Assembly: GCA_964106915.2 (NCBI GenBank)
Contig: OZ066916.1
Strand: one strand, 5' to 3'
From: Podarcis gaigeae
Lineage: Eukaryota
Length of the DNA: 64,000 bases
The translations under genes and the position numbers were made by a program. Position 1 is the first letter of the stretch. The number at the start of each line of letters is the position of its first letter. Shown here one piece after another: positions 49,745-62,941 of this stretch. A model generated the notes under the pieces. It did not search any database. It saw only the letters and a program-made list of their open reading frames with translations, and was not told where the DNA came from.

Positions 49745-50957
49745 GTATGAAAAAAGAGGCAAGCCGCAGACTTGTGCACACTTTGTGTTCCCTTCCCTTG
49801 CTCTTGTCCTGCTGTCCTTAAGTGAAAAAAAAAATATGGACAGCTAGGGCAAAATCAGGCTGGATCTTGTTTACGTTACTTATGAGTGGAATAGTTAATC
49901 CGTCGTAAGCAGGGTGTATGGGGATAACTTGCAGGGGAAAGGGGGTGTATATACCTACTTCACTTGCTGGTTTCTTTCTGTGATCACCCCAATCATTTCC
50001 CCTCCCCCCCCCCATTTCTAGGAACCCAACTGGAAGAAAAACAGTTGGGTGGGTGTCCAAAGGAAAAGAGCTTTTATGAGGGACAGTCACGCTCTCACTA
50101 CATGCTTTGCAGTTTGGTTCCTTTGCCTCATATTTGCCGCTGCTGAGTTTGAAGATAATTTCCTAGATGATTTTTTTTTCCTTTTTGTGAATTGCTATTT
50201 ATTACCAAAAAAATCTCCTAATTTCTTAACTATGTATTTTGACATGCTTTTCAATTTCCTTGAATACCTGTAATGCAGAAGTGGAAGCATTCGTTCAACA
50301 AGGAAAGTGTTTCAAAATAACATGTTAGTCCTGTTTTGAGTTCCCAGTAGGCTGAATGCTAAAAGTGTCCAACCTGTTTTTCGCCCTGTAATAGATGGGT
50401 TAATTTATAGATGGCTAACTGTTTATAGTTTGAAAGTCTGCTCCATAATGTATCTTGGCGTTGCCTTCCTATTGATTCAAGCACAATCTTAATGTCAGTT
50501 CATGACTGTGCATGTAGAAAATGTTAATTCATCCCTCTTGTTACCAAGTTGTATTAAGCAGCTGATATCACGACTACTGCATATCTGTAGCATATAGTTA
50601 GAAAAAAGGTTGCACATACATTTCAGAATTTTGACGACTTTGAGAAGATATAACCAATATTCCACAGATACAAATGTGCCTGCTTGTACCACCTGCTTAG
50701 CTATATGTAAGTTTCTGTTATGGGGCACACCAATGTGTGGGGTATGTGGTCAGAATGAACCTGCTGCCAATCAAAGCAGTGCTTTACTGCCAGTCCTGGT
50801 CCCTGTTGCTCCCAGGTAACTGTGTATAGGGCTACAGCCTTCGAAAAAGCCTTCCACTTTTTGATGGCACATTTTATCAAACAAAACATAGAGTGTTTTT
50901 AACTGGATACTTGGTGTGGGAAACTTGCTAACTTGTTCTTTCTCTCCTTGTTTGCAG

Positions 50958-51061
50958 GTTGGCCCCGATGCGATTGTATACGCTGTCCAAACGCCACTTT
51001 GTCTTGGTCTTCGTTGTATTCTTCATTTGTTTTGGTTTAACCGTTTTAATAGGTATTGCAG
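50958..51061 (+). CDS. TMEM181: TMEM181 exon 2 (first TM helix)
   Basis: ttgcag| LAPMRLYTLSKRHFVLVFVVFFICFGLTVLIGIA |gtaaga; 104 nt, phase 2-1. Confidence 0.96.
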
Positions 51062-52790
51062 GTAAGATTTTGTCTTTTCGGTTAATGATTGTTTTCTCTA
51101 TTTACTTGCCTCCTATTATTTCCCATTGTTTTGCTATCAAGACATACAGCTTGAATTTGTGCCCCTTCCTTAAGTTTTTAATGAGTAGTTGGTGGTGGGG
51201 ATTGAAATTTATCAAGTGTTTAAAAGAAGCTGGCACCACCCAAAACTGACAAGGAGCAGAGATCCTACCCACTAGCCCCAGCCATGGAGCCATTTTTGCC
51301 TTTTATGTTGTCTTATCCCTGACCACTGCAAGGTTACAAATTAGCCTGTGTCTCCATTCTCACCATACATTGTCCAGAATCTGCGTCTTGAAATTATATT
51401 GGACTTAGATTTTAGTAAAACATAACTACAAACAGTGTAGTCAAGGACCAGCTTGCTGCTCCTTGAAGCAATTTTATCCAGTCGTTGATAGTCCTTCTCA
51501 AATGTACTATGTACTGAGAGAAGTAGCTAGTGCATGCTTGAACATTCTTTCTTTTGGAGAGACATGCCTCTCAATTGTGATGTCTTGATTTCTTATGGAG
51601 AGGTTGAGTAATCACTAGTAAAAGTGTAATCACTAGTAAAAGTGATTCTTTTGATGGTTTTTTTTCTTAAGGTGATATTTTGGTATTTCATCCAATTTCT
51701 TGGTGATTTCAAATTGAGCTTTTGAACTGCTTAAAAACATTTGATGTGATAGACCCTTTTTATTTGGCTTGATACTTTTGTGGGAAGCAGCCAGGGTCAA
51801 GCTGCAGGTCTTGAGACATTTCAAAATGTAATGCTAAAATGTACAAGTACATTGCTGTACTTGTATCTTAGGGATGGCACTGAAATTGAAAGCAAAAACC
51901 CATGCAGACCACACACTTGGGGAAGTGAGGGACTGTGTTTTACATATTATAAATAAATTTTAGTGAGGAAATTGCATAGCAGATTGTACCCAAATGTGTG
52001 TGCTTGCTTAGATTTGGTAAAGCACATATGGCTGCTTTAAAAAAAAGTAAAAGGTAAAGGACCCTTGGACAGTTAAGTCCAGTCAAAGTTGACTATGGGG
52101 ACACCAGGCTAACTCCCATAATAAAAAATGTGTGCATGATATATTATAAAAATCTTGTACATTTCAAAGAAATGCCTTTACATTCAAAACATGTATGTAT
52201 ATAGTTAGTCACATTGCCAAGCAGGATAATTCCTGCAAGCTCTCTCTCCACCTCCCTCCCTATTCATAAGAGGGTGGCTGTATTGATGCTAATCAGTGGC
52301 TGCATTTGAACATCACTGTAACCTATGGTTTATACCAGGGGGAGGGACAAACTGGCAGCTGTTCCTGTAAGCTTTTGTGCCCCGGGAAGACTCTCCAAAA
52401 CGTGTCACCTAATTTTTCATTTTTAAATACAAAACTGTTTAAAACTTTTAATATTTATCCCCCCCAAAAAAACTCTTGTTTTTCTACTGCTCCCGTAATG
52501 CAAAAGGCTTATTTGCCCTTTAGTCTTCCCCAACTTCATCCGTTTTTAAAAGGTATTCCCTCCCCCGACTGTTCACAGAGGACCCCTTTTATGATTCTGT
52601 GATATGAAAAGGTTTTTGTCACACCCACACACCCAATTTCCCCAAAATGTGGCTTTAAAAAAACCTATATTTTTAACTGAATTTAATAATGAATGATAAA
52701 AAATCGTCCGAAGGCAAGCTTGAGAACTGCAGTTCTCATCACAGCCACTTTTACACTTTGGCCATGAAACTTAGGCATGTTCCCTTAGGC

Positions 52791-53121
52791 CAGGGGTCAG
52801 CAACCCGCGGCTCTGGAGCCGCATGTGGCTCTTTTACAACTTTGCCGCGGCTCTGGGATGGATACTAGCGAGGGGAGAAGGTGCATTGTGCGCCCCGACA
52901 CTCCCCACTGTGGTGGGCACTGTACTGGCTGTGACGTCGCATGGGGGTGGTGTGTGCGTTAGTCACGCACAGTCCCGACGTCACCTTCCCGCCCGCTGTC
53001 AGATCGCGGCTCCGGAGATATATTTGTTTTAAATGTTGCAATGGTTTTGCGGCTCCCAGTTTTTTTTCCTTCGGAAACGGGTCCAAGTGGCTCTTTTTGT
53101 CGTAAAGGTTGCAGACCCCTG
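52791..53121. mobile_element. hAT-Charlie-like non-autonomous element
   Basis: TIRs caggggtcagcaacc / ggttgcagacccctg; perfect 8-bp TSD ccttaggc (52783-90 and 53122-29); gcggctc subterminal repeats. Confidence 0.9.
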
Positions 53122-54658
53122 CCTTAGGCCATCAGAGTGCGGCCATCAACCCCCAAAGGGTGAGCCATTCCTGGCACGTCATGATGCGACTGAGCCACAG
53201 TGAGCCTCAGGCTCCCTTGCTCCCCTGTCTCCATTCAGCACAGACATAGAGGAAAGAAGTTAAGAACCTTTCACTTCCAGTTCTAATTTCTCATTATTAT
53301 TGAATAGATATTATCCTGCCCTCCAAATAAGATTCACTAGGGAGTGCGATCTGGTCCACAGTAGGTTGACCACTGCTGATTATTCTCTATAGGCTGGGTT
53401 ATTCAAATGTTATTTACATATTTAGTACAGAGACTAGTCTACACTGAAAACACTTGTTGAAAAGAATACAAACTCTGAACTGAATACAGTTATCTGAAGA
53501 CAGTAACCCGTAAGCTTCTTGCATGCGATTCTAAACACGCATACTTAGAAGTGTCTTATAATGGAATTTCCTTGGTACACTTGGGATTGGAGTGCTGCTT
53601 TCAGTAAATTTCTATTCTCTGCTGAAACTGTGTAGTCAATAGTTTTGCTACATAATAATCTGAGCTACATTCCATCATGTAGAATTGCTCTCAAGCACCA
53701 TATGGTACTTTGTACCATGCTGGAATGGTGGACCTGACCTTTGATATTGTGGTGAAACTGTTGATGCTGTAGCTTCTTTATCCATACTCTGTTATGTTGG
53801 CAGACTGGTTTATTTGAGCCCAATTTACTGATATACATAGTTTACTTTTAAAGAGTTCAGTAGCAATAAAGGATGCCCCAGATGTTTTTTTTAAAAAAAG
53901 AAAAATACTTTTTTGAGACTTCTGTTTCTTAAAACAAGATGAGAATCCAGACTGTAGCAGAATGAGAGCTCAAAGGCATAGCTGTGGGTGCCATATAGAA
54001 GAGCAGGATTTTCTGCAAGGCAAAGATGAGTCCACATATTGTGGCTGACACATCCCAGCCTGCCCTTCAGACGTAGGGGGCAAGGTCTCGTCTGAGATCA
54101 TGCCATGTTCAAGATCCAAAGTCACTGTGTGGTGGTGGGAGTTCCTGTGGTCCCCTGCCCTCTGAGCTAGAAAGTGAGCTGAGGGGCTTTCCCTCTTGCA
54201 CTGAGTCACAGCGACACCTGGAAAGCACTGAGAAATCTCTTCATTGGGGAGGGCTTCTGCATATTTTCCAGACCAGAGAAGGGTGTACGCTTTCTGTGAT
54301 ACTACCCTCAGCAGGTTGAAAGATCCTCTGGCCAGTGGCAAACTGGCATTTGTAGACCCTTGGGTGGTGATGAACATGAAGGAAGGGTGGGCCTTGAGAG
54401 ATGCCACCTGCTCCCATTGTTCAAATATTATTTCAGTCCAGTTGTTTCTGAGGCATTGCTAGATACTGCAGTGGGCAATCTCTTTTCCTGCTGCTGGACT
54501 GTGATATCATAGAAACCTTCTCAAGGCTGCTCTCTTCCATTGTGCTGCAGTGGTTTACAAAAAGAAAATCTGGTTGCAAACCTTCTGTTGCAGGCAAATC
54601 AAATCTCCTGTCTCTTGTGCCTGGCATCTGGAATTCTGCATGTGACCTGAATTCACAG

Positions 54659-54791
54659 CAGGGCTGGGGAATCTGTGGCTGTCCAAATGCTGGACTAACT
54701 CCCATGAGCCCTGACCATCGTCCAGGCTGGCTGGGCTTGATGAGAGTTGGTGTCTAATAGCATTTGGAGGAATGCACGTCCCCCAGCCCTG
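54659..54791. mobile_element. Palindromic hAT MITE (degenerate)
   Basis: cagggctgggga / cccccagccctg ends; ggactaactccca core. Confidence 0.7.
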
Positions 54792-55303
54792 ATACTGAGA
54801 TGCCATTTAGCTATCATGGCTAATAGATATTGATAGACGTGTTCTTCTCCCACCAGAGGAAACAACCTACTTATAGAAAGCTGCTATACTGGGGGGAACT
54901 AGGCTGGTACCCTTTTCACTGGCATATCACTTCCTGTGTGCATAGAGTGTGTTTTAAAAGTAGGAGGACCATTCAACCCTCCAACAAAAAGTGCTCTAAG
55001 TTAGAACAGTCTGTGGCTATAGTCCAGTTTTGTTCTTTGGTGAACTGTATGTCTAAAGATCCTTTGAAGTCTGTAGTGTGTGGTAATGTGAATTTGTCAG
55101 AGTCCAATTGAATTCTATTGGCAATGTGGATAAGAAATCATCCCTTAATTTTGATGCATGTGTAAAACAGGAGCTTCTGTGTAATTTAACATTCTCTATC
55201 AGTCTATCATTCCTGACATTTTCAGCTAATAACGGTCATCATTAAAAATTTAGGCTACAACAGGTATTCGCATATTGAGCTCATGTCTCTGTCTATCGTA
55301 TAG

Positions 55304-55359
55304 GTCCCAATGTCATTGAACCCTTTCAAGTGAAATCTCAGTTGAATAATGGCTCCAAG
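55304..55359 (+). CDS. TMEM181: TMEM181 exon 3
   Basis: gtatag| (G)PNVIEPFQVKSQLNNGSK |gtaagt; 56 nt, phase 1-0. Confidence 0.88.
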
Positions 55360-56089
55360 GTAAGTCTTCTTATACTGTTTATAGATTGTGCATGCTTGTT
55401 CTGACACACAAATATTTCAAGGTGGGATTCACCTAACAAACCCTGTCAGGGGAGCCCTTCACAAGGACTTATGCTTGTGCAATGGGGCTTTCCTCTCATA
55501 CTCCCACCTGAGCCTCATGAAATGGGCTCCGAGAGGGATGTTGGGAGAACCCCCAAAACTGTGTGGAGGAGAGGGAGAGTCGTTTCACCTGGCAAGCTGG
55601 AATGGCAGAAAAAGCACAACATTGAATTCCACATGTAGCCTCACGTATTTGGTGTATTCAACATAATCCTTCCTAGGTCTGTGGGAGTTTGCCTTAGGAC
55701 TTATTCCATCAGCTCTTGAGCTGGTCATGTTACATGGGGCATTTTCAGGACCCTGTGGAGCAAAGCAGAACCTAGACTGCAGACCTTGTGTAGGGTGTGG
55801 GCTTCAAAGGTCATCTGCAGGTAGCCATACTCAACAGTCTAATCTCTGATATCAACAGTTGGTATGGATGCTCCTCCGAGCTCCTGCCACAGTCGTGACA
55901 TACAGAAAAGAGAGGCATGCATTTGCCTAAGAACTGATTGATAGCACTTTTTCATCGTGTCCTAGTTATTTTTGCTGTGCCTTATAAGAATTCCTTCACT
56001 TTGCTTTGCTATTCTAGAAAGCACTAGGAAGAAGAAGACAGTATCTGCACCTTTCCTGCAACAAGCATTTTAGCTGTGCTGCATGTTGA

Positions 56090-56260
56090 TGAGGAAGGCC
56101 CATGACTCAGTGGCAGAACACATTCTATGCATGCAGAAGGTCCTAGATTCAATCCCAAAAATATTCGGTTAAATTTCTGGTGTAGCAGTGCTTGTAAGAT
56201 TTCTGCCAGTCTTCTGGAGAACCCCTGGTAGAATAGATTGACCTGCATCCAGTCCTTTAC
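56090..56260 (+). mobile_element. tRNA-derived SINE (Squam3-like), degenerate
   Basis: ctcagtggcagaacacattctatgcatgcagaaggtcctagattcaatccc head. Confidence 0.55.
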
Positions 56261-56538
56261 TCTGCTAATGCGCTGATTTAGAACACCCACTGCCTCGTCT
56301 GGATTTGATGAAAAGGAGAGAGAAAGCTGGGTGTAATCCACATATTGATTGCACCACATCTCCCAGTAACCCCTCTCGGAGTTTCTTATAGTTATGAAAA
56401 AGCATGGAGGGTAAAATGGAGCCCAGTGGAATCTCATAGTATAACAACCTCACAGACAAAACTTGCTCCCAAACTTGGAGAAGCTAATATAGTAAAATGA
56501 ATGACTGTGGTTTAACTCTTGCTTCCATTTTGTTCTAG

Positions 56539-56629
56539 ATAAGGCCATTTAATTTAAGTTCACCGCCATTATCTACTTATAATCAGCAGTTATGGCTGAC
56601 ATGTGTAGTGGAGTTGGACCAACGTTTTG
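56539..56629 (+). CDS. TMEM181: TMEM181 exon 4
   Basis: ttctag| IRPFNLSSPPLSTYNQQLWLTCVVELDQRF |gtaagt; 91 nt, phase 0-1. Confidence 0.93.
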
Positions 56630-56957
56630 GTAAGTGTTACTTAGCTTATATGATTATATTAATTATGTATATATCAACCATATACGGAAATGTGTGTATA
56701 TTGCCTGCCTGTACAATGTAAGGTCACCAGGACAGATAAAAGGAAGTAGTGCTTCACACAGTGCGTAGTTAAACAACGCAATTTGTTACCACAATGTACT
56801 AGCTTCAGTGAGCAGTTGTTATTGAGGGTTGGAATGTACTCTTGATTCCGTTATAGAATCTATTCATTTTTTGTTGTTACTGCATCTGTTATTTTATATA
56901 TATATATATATTCTAGCCCATAAATTGTAGCATCTGAATGGACTTTTGTTTTTTCAG

Positions 56958-57088
56958 ATAACAAATGGAATGGCTTGAAAAAAAACTTCAATATGCTGGT
57001 TACAATAAGTGGTGTAATAGAGAATGCAAGCGTCAGGTATTTTAACAAGGAACTTCACAACCGAACAAGGACACTGAACTGTGCACAG
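56958..57088 (+). CDS. TMEM181: TMEM181 exon 5
   Basis: tttcag| (D)NKWNGLKKNFNMLVTISGVIENASVRYFNKELHNRTRTLNCAQ |gtaatg; 131 nt, phase 1-0. Confidence 0.9.
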
Positions 57089-57850
57089 GTAATGGCAATG
57101 TACCATTTCTTACAGATGAGCTATTTCTGTGGTTTAAAAGCATGATAGAGAGGTGAGGCAAGGTGAGGAAGTATCTCTGTTAGTGAAATCCATAAGCAAA
57201 ATAGCAGCTAATGTTTTTGACCCCACATTCAAAACGTTGCATTTTGAGAAGCAGTCATGGGCAATAATTCTGTTGGAGGTCCTGGAAAATTGTTGCCAGA
57301 CAGGATTGACTATATTATATTAGGTGGATGAATTTTTTGATTCTAGTTTCTTGTTAACAACAAAGTGAGGAATTGCAGAGAGCATGTTTTAGAAGTATGA
57401 ACCTCCAATTCCTCTTTCTGGAATCCACAAATCAAATCAAGATTACAGCTGTTAACAATCTGCTAGTCAACAGTTTCTGTGTTTGCTCTGTTAGTTTTCC
57501 TTGAAATCCAGTGGTTACAAAGCAGCACTTCTATTGAATGCAACTAGAGGTCCCAGATGAGTCTTTATTCTTCCTTTGCCTTATGAGCTTAGGGCAGCTG
57601 TGCTGTTACAAACAGCAGAGAAGTCTAAGGGAGTATCATGCAAGAAGGCAGGGATACCCTAACTGAATTTCGCCATTAAATCAATTCTGATATGCTAACT
57701 TATTTTTTGCAATGGTTGGGCCAACCCTAAATGTCTCAAAAGCCCAGAAAGAAAAAAACCTGATTGTACTTGGTGTGCGTATGGTGTTCTCACTGTTGAA
57801 TTTCTTTCCCTTCCCCTTCCAATTTCCCCTCTTCCAATGTGTGCTCCTAG

Positions 57851-57958
57851 CAATGTGCTGAATTTATTGTGGTTCATCTTGGTTATCTGAACTACACTCG
57901 CTATGAGATCACTGTCGCCTTTGAAAACCTTCCTCCAATCAAGCATTACAATTTCACA
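57851..57958 (+). CDS. TMEM181: TMEM181 exon 6
   Basis: tcctag| QCAEFIVVHLGYLNYTRYEITVAFENLPPIKHYNFT |gtaagt; 108 nt. Confidence 0.93.
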
Positions 57959-58219
57959 GTAAGTGAAGTAAAGGCAAACATAGAATGAAAGTGTAGTTTT
58001 AACTGTAAATCTTTGCGTTGACTGTAATATTAAAGGGCACATTATTTCCCCTTGAAGTTTCAGTGGCTAGACCCACAAGAAATACTGGTACCAGTGCTAA
58101 ATCCAGAACATCACACCGATAAATAAATGAGTAATAAAATACTGAATATAAACTATTATGACTGATGCCATCTACATTCCTTTAGCTTTTTTGTTAATAT
58201 TCTAATTTCTTTCTTTCAG

Positions 58220-58300
58220 TGGAAAACCTATAACTCAGCCTTCTCTCAAGTAGAAATCTGGTTCCGATTTGTCTTTGTGGTCCTTACTTTCATCGTCACA
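58220..58300 (+). CDS. TMEM181: TMEM181 exon 7
   Basis: tttcag| WKTYNSAFSQVEIWFRFVFVVLTFIVT |gtgagt; 81 nt. Confidence 0.95.
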
Positions 58301-58736
58301 GTGAGTGTCGATTGTTCAGTTTTATTTTTGTATGAGATACGGACGTTGCTCTGGAAGGGAGAGTTCATTGCTAGAGGGATGGAAGGATAATGGCAAGAGA
58401 CATAGGTGGGATACAAAAGAGGGAGTGCTACGGGATAAGAAAAGTGAAGTGAATACAAGGAGAAATATAAGACACTGAGGTCTTCTGGTATGTGATGCCT
58501 CCCCAACGTGGTTTGAGGTAGTTCCTGTTCACTGGGTTTTTGGGGCACTGTTGTTCTCCTGGGGCTGCGTCAGCCAACCTATTCTCTGAAGTGCAAGAAA
58601 TCCTTGCAGAACTTGCTGCCTAATGTAGCCCATGTGCCGCAGCTTACATTCTGCCGCCATTCTTCCTTTTTTATCTGAAGACAAACGGGTATTGCATAAT
58701 CTTCGCTGATTTTTTTTTTTTTATGTTCCTTTGCAG

Positions 58737-58836
58737 TGTCTCTTTGCACACTCCCTGCGCAAGTTCTCAATGCGAGATTGGGGAATAGAGCAGAAGTGGA
58801 TGTCAATCCTTCTCCCCCTGCTGTTGCTTTATAATG
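58737..58836 (+). CDS. TMEM181: TMEM181 exon 8
   Basis: ttgcag| CLFAHSLRKFSMRDWGIEQKWMSILLPLLLLYN |gtattt; 100 nt, phase 0-1. Confidence 0.95.
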
Positions 58837-59710
58837 GTATTTATATGTATTACATCATACTGTGTTAAGCTCCTGGGGCCATGCTTTATAAGGCAGATTC
58901 TCCCCCGCCCTCCTCACATAAGTGAGATTGGGGAGGAAAGGAAAAATAAATAAGTACAAGCCCCTTTCTTTTGAAATAAGTTTGGGGAAGGGCAGGATCC
59001 ATGTGATGCCCTCTTCTCAAAGAAGGACTTTTCACCCCTCTTCAGTTTTTGCCAATTCCCTATGGTGGTCCCCCCAAAAAACTTCCAGCAGTTGAATTTT
59101 GGGGGCACTGTATACTGCAGGGCGCTGGCAAAAATCACCCCCCTCTTCTGTTAGCAGAGGCATCTGCTGGTTAAAAAAGCCTTTTGTGTGAGTACAAGTG
59201 TACCAGTTGGATTGCACCCAGGGTCAGCATGGGAGAATTTCAGTTCTCACTGATTCTACCTTTTAAAAATAGCTATTTATCCTCCCTTTCCACAGTTAGG
59301 TGACCAAGGCAGCCAGCAAAGGGTGGGTTGGGAAATTATTATAAAAATAAAATAAAATACAGTGGTTTAGAATGTATAAAACAAGTGGCTGAACAACAGG
59401 AGCAGATAAAAAAATCAGCAGCTGGTTTTCGCCATCTACCATCATAGAGTTGCAGGAAAGCAATATCAGTTTGGCAAGCTAAAAACCTGTTTGAAAAAGC
59501 CAAAACTCTTTCCCTGCTGGTTAGAGTCCATATGAGAGGGAGCTAGACAGGACTCCTTAGGAGAGGATTTGCATAGTCTGGGTGCAGCCACTGAGAAGGC
59601 TCTGTTGAGTCGCAACTCTGACACACAATTAGGCTGCAAAAGAGTGTCCAAGTGTAGAGTGGAACAACATTTTCCGTGGTTGTCTTGTGACACTTTTTCT
59701 TTTGTTGCAG

Positions 59711-59841
59711 ATCCATTTTTCCCCCTCTCATTCCTAATCAACAGTTGGTTTCCTGGAATGCTAGATGACCTCTTCCAGTCGCTGTTCTTATGTGCATTGC
59801 TGCTGTTTTGGCTCTGTGTCTACCATGGGATCAGAGTGCAG
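59711..59841 (+). CDS. TMEM181: TMEM181 exon 9
   Basis: ttgcag| (D)PFFPLSFLINSWFPGMLDDLFQSLFLCALLLFWLCVYHGIRVQ |gtcagg; 131 nt. Confidence 0.95.
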
Positions 59842-60385
59842 GTCAGGAGGAGACACATATTTCAATGCTATCTACATTCTGCCTTTCACACTTATCTCTT
59901 GCTCTGTGCATATGTGTGTGCGCTTTACTGCTTTTTACTGGATAAACACTCATTAAGTCACCCATTAAAACCTATTCCAAATAAACAGTTTTGGAAAAAT
60001 CTTAAACCAAAGGAATAAATAACGTTAATAAATGGTCTCACTTGTCAAAGAACAAGTTAAACTTACTTTATTTGTAGCATTTTTAATCCTTCACTTCCTC
60101 TGCTGAATTCAGAAAGCTGTAGTTCAGCCTCTCCCCTCCTTTCCCAGCCAAGTAGATTAGAGAGAGCCTACAAATACCCTATGAACTTTATGAATTATTT
60201 TTTCCCTCTTGCATGCATCCCCAGTTTGGATTCCACCCAGAAACTCTGTGTGAGTTTCTCAAAATTAAACTATTTGTTGCTGCTGTCCCTCCAAAAAAAA
60301 GTACAACAATATTTCACAATATTGTAAATTAACTGATGTCTGAAAACCAAGTTTAATATTCTTAATTTATCCTTTTCTTTGTTAG

Positions 60386-60477
60386 GGCGAAAGGAGGTGC
60401 ATAACGTTCTATTTTCCTAAACTCCTTATTGTTGGTCTTTTGTGGCTGGCTTCTGTTACATTAGGAATATGGCAGAC
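60386..60477 (+). CDS. TMEM181: TMEM181 exon 10
   Basis: tgttag| GERRCITFYFPKLLIVGLLWLASVTLGIWQ(T) |gtgagt; 92 nt, phase 0-2. Confidence 0.95.
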
Positions 60478-61263
60478 GTGAGTAACTTCTCTCTTTTCAT
60501 CTTTCCTCTTTTCCTTTCTCTGATCACTAAATTCTTTGATCACTAAATAGCCTTGAACAAGAAAGCAGGATTTTTTTTAATAGTTCCTATCTTTTGCTTT
60601 TCCTCTAGTAAAAGCAAAGACTAAGTCCACCATTAGGAGAATGTAAAGCACATGTTGAAACTACAATAAATATTGGGAGATAGCTTTGTATCCTGAGATC
60701 TGACTAAAGTCTTCCTTAGCTGCATAGATTATTCAGTCTGTTAGCATATGATCAGAATATGAAGTCTTCCCATTACATAGAGAGAGCCCACTTTCCTTGT
60801 AGTTGAGGTACCCTCTGGAACAGATTGAGGGAGTCCAGGAACTTTCATGGTAAGGAGGAATCACTGAAAATTCTCTCCCTCCCCTATTCCGCAGAGGAAT
60901 TATTTTCTTCCATGGGTAAGCACTGCATTGGATACTCAAGAAGTGGCAAACGTTATTCAGTTCTGAGTAGTCATAGGATTTAAAAACATTTTCCTAGTGC
61001 TATGTGTATGTGTATTTGAATGTGTTTGATCCAGCTTTCTCAGTTCTGCATAAATAGAAAACATAATTACAAACTCAAATTGGAATCAATTTTTTCTGGC
61101 TTTTTCTTGAAAACTGTAGTAGAGAGAGTCCAAATCTGTATCTTATTAAGCTGAGGCGGAAGAAATGGCCAATTTTTTAAACATGTTAGTTTCTATGGAT
61201 TTATTTTTAGTTTTATGATGCATACAAATTCTTACATTAAATGATCTTATTATTTTTTTTTAG

Positions 61264-61321
61264 TGTCAATGAACTACATGACCCAACATACCAGTATGGG
61301 ATTGACACAAACAACTTTCAG
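61264..61321 (+). CDS. TMEM181: TMEM181 exon 11
   Basis: ttttag| VNELHDPTYQYGIDTNNFQ |gtaaat; 58 nt, phase 2-0. Confidence 0.93.
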
Positions 61322-61740
61322 GTAAATTAGTGTGAACAATCCTTTCTGATTATATGAGAAATGCTGTGTGGATTATCAGATTTTGAAAAACACTGAGCTA
61401 TTTTAATCCATCTGTCCAGCTGATGTCCTATGCTGACACAACTGCAAAATGATAGGTAACAGGCTGTCACTTAAATATTGGTTGTAGGTTTTCTTACATT
61501 TAGTTTCTAGGGACTTCTGATATCCATGGAAGAACCTTCAGAAAAAGAATGGTGAGAACCCACTTAAATTCAGAGTTAGAAGCTTGAAATTGTTACGTGT
61601 AAGATTCCCCTGATCACAACAAAAGCCTACCAGCTTTGCAAAAAACCATCTCACACAGATTCTTAATTCTAAGTAGATTCTTGTAATTACAGATTCTTGT
61701 AATTAGGAGAATTTCACATGTAACAAAATCAAGTTTCTAA

Positions 61741-62028
61741 AGGGCTGTCACATGAAAGATGGAGCAAGCTTGTTCTCTCCCACTCCAGAGTATAGGACCT
61801 GAACCAATGGATTCAAGTTACAAAAAAGGAGATTCTGACTAAACATCAGGAATAATTTTTTGACTGTAAGAGCAGCTTCGCACTGAAACAGACTCATGAT
61901 GGACTCTCCTTCCTTTGAGGTCTTGAGGTGGATAGCCGTCTTCCAGGGATGCTTCAGTTGATATTCCTGCATTGCAGGCGTTGGACTCCCAACTTCCCTT
62001 CTACAATTGTACAATTCTATTATTCTAA
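61741..62028 (+). mobile_element. CR1 LINE 3' fragment
   Basis: agggctgtcacatgaaagatggagcaagc...ccctt ctacaattgtacaattctatt; homologous to 46840-47131. Confidence 0.85.
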
Positions 62029-62682
62029 TTTTGTTGAAAGACTTTTGTTGCCCACTTCTGTAAACTATAACTCTTTGTTGGTCATCAGTTATATCTTTCA
62101 TTTAGATTCTTAGAAGTCCAGTTGCTGTTTCTAAGATCACGTGAGGATGTCTTAATACAACACAATAAATATTGGGAGATAATTGTATTAAGAGAAAATG
62201 AAAAAGAACAGGAAAAATGAAGTGACTTATAAAGTCACTGTTCTCAGCTTCTTTTAAAAACATGTGACCACCTGTGCATCAGGTATGCAAATCAGGGGAA
62301 ACACATAGAGAAACAGGATTGATAGCACAACATCCCTATGTTTAGCCTGACCAGCATTTTGGAAATCATGTAAAACTGTTCTTATCCGAGAAGCATATAG
62401 TGACTGGGATTACGTTTAGCCATGGTTATTCAAATGTAAAGGCTTTCATCTAAAGGCACTTTTGCCTGAGTGAAAGGCTGGATATGCACCTTTGACACTG
62501 GAGACATATATTTTAGGGCCCATCCCATTCTCATGGCTGTAATTTGTTTTATCTGTCTTTGATATTGTATTTTTACATTCTTGTAAGCTGTCCGTGGACC
62601 TCATCATGAAGCATAGGAAAGAAATGTCATAATCATCATCAAAATAATATTTTTAAAACTTTTGTATATATTTTTGTAACAG

Positions 62683-62785
62683 GGTATGAAAATCTTCTTC
62701 CTTGTGGTGGCAGCTGTGTACATTTTGTACCTTTTGTTCCTGATAATCAGGGCATGCTCAGAACTCCGTAACATGCCCTATGTCG
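62683..62785 (+). CDS. TMEM181: TMEM181 exon 12
   Basis: taacag| GMKIFFLVVAAVYILYLLFLIIRACSELRNMPYV |gtaagc; 103 nt, phase 0-1. Confidence 0.95.
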
Positions 62786-62889
62786 GTAAGCTCTGTTCTG
62801 TGCCAGTCATGGTTGCTGCATGGCAATGTTCTTCCAGTGAGATATTTGTGTTCACTTTCAGATAACCATTTTTCTTCTCCTTTCCTCAG

Positions 62890-62941
62890 ATCTCAGGCTA
62901 AAATTCTTGACCGCGTTAACATTTGTAGTTCTCGTCATTAG
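62890..62941 (+). CDS. TMEM181: TMEM181 exon 13 (gene continues beyond the window)
   Basis: cctcag| (D)LRLKFLTALTFVVLVI(S/R) |gtaaga; 52 nt; 104-nt upstream intron. Confidence 0.93.

Noticed and set aside
51608-51644. 18-bp tandem duplication gtaatcactagtaaaagt (similar small duplications near 10530, 38624, 61670)
   Set aside because: Ordinary replication-slippage duplications; only two units and no spacers, so not CRISPR-like.
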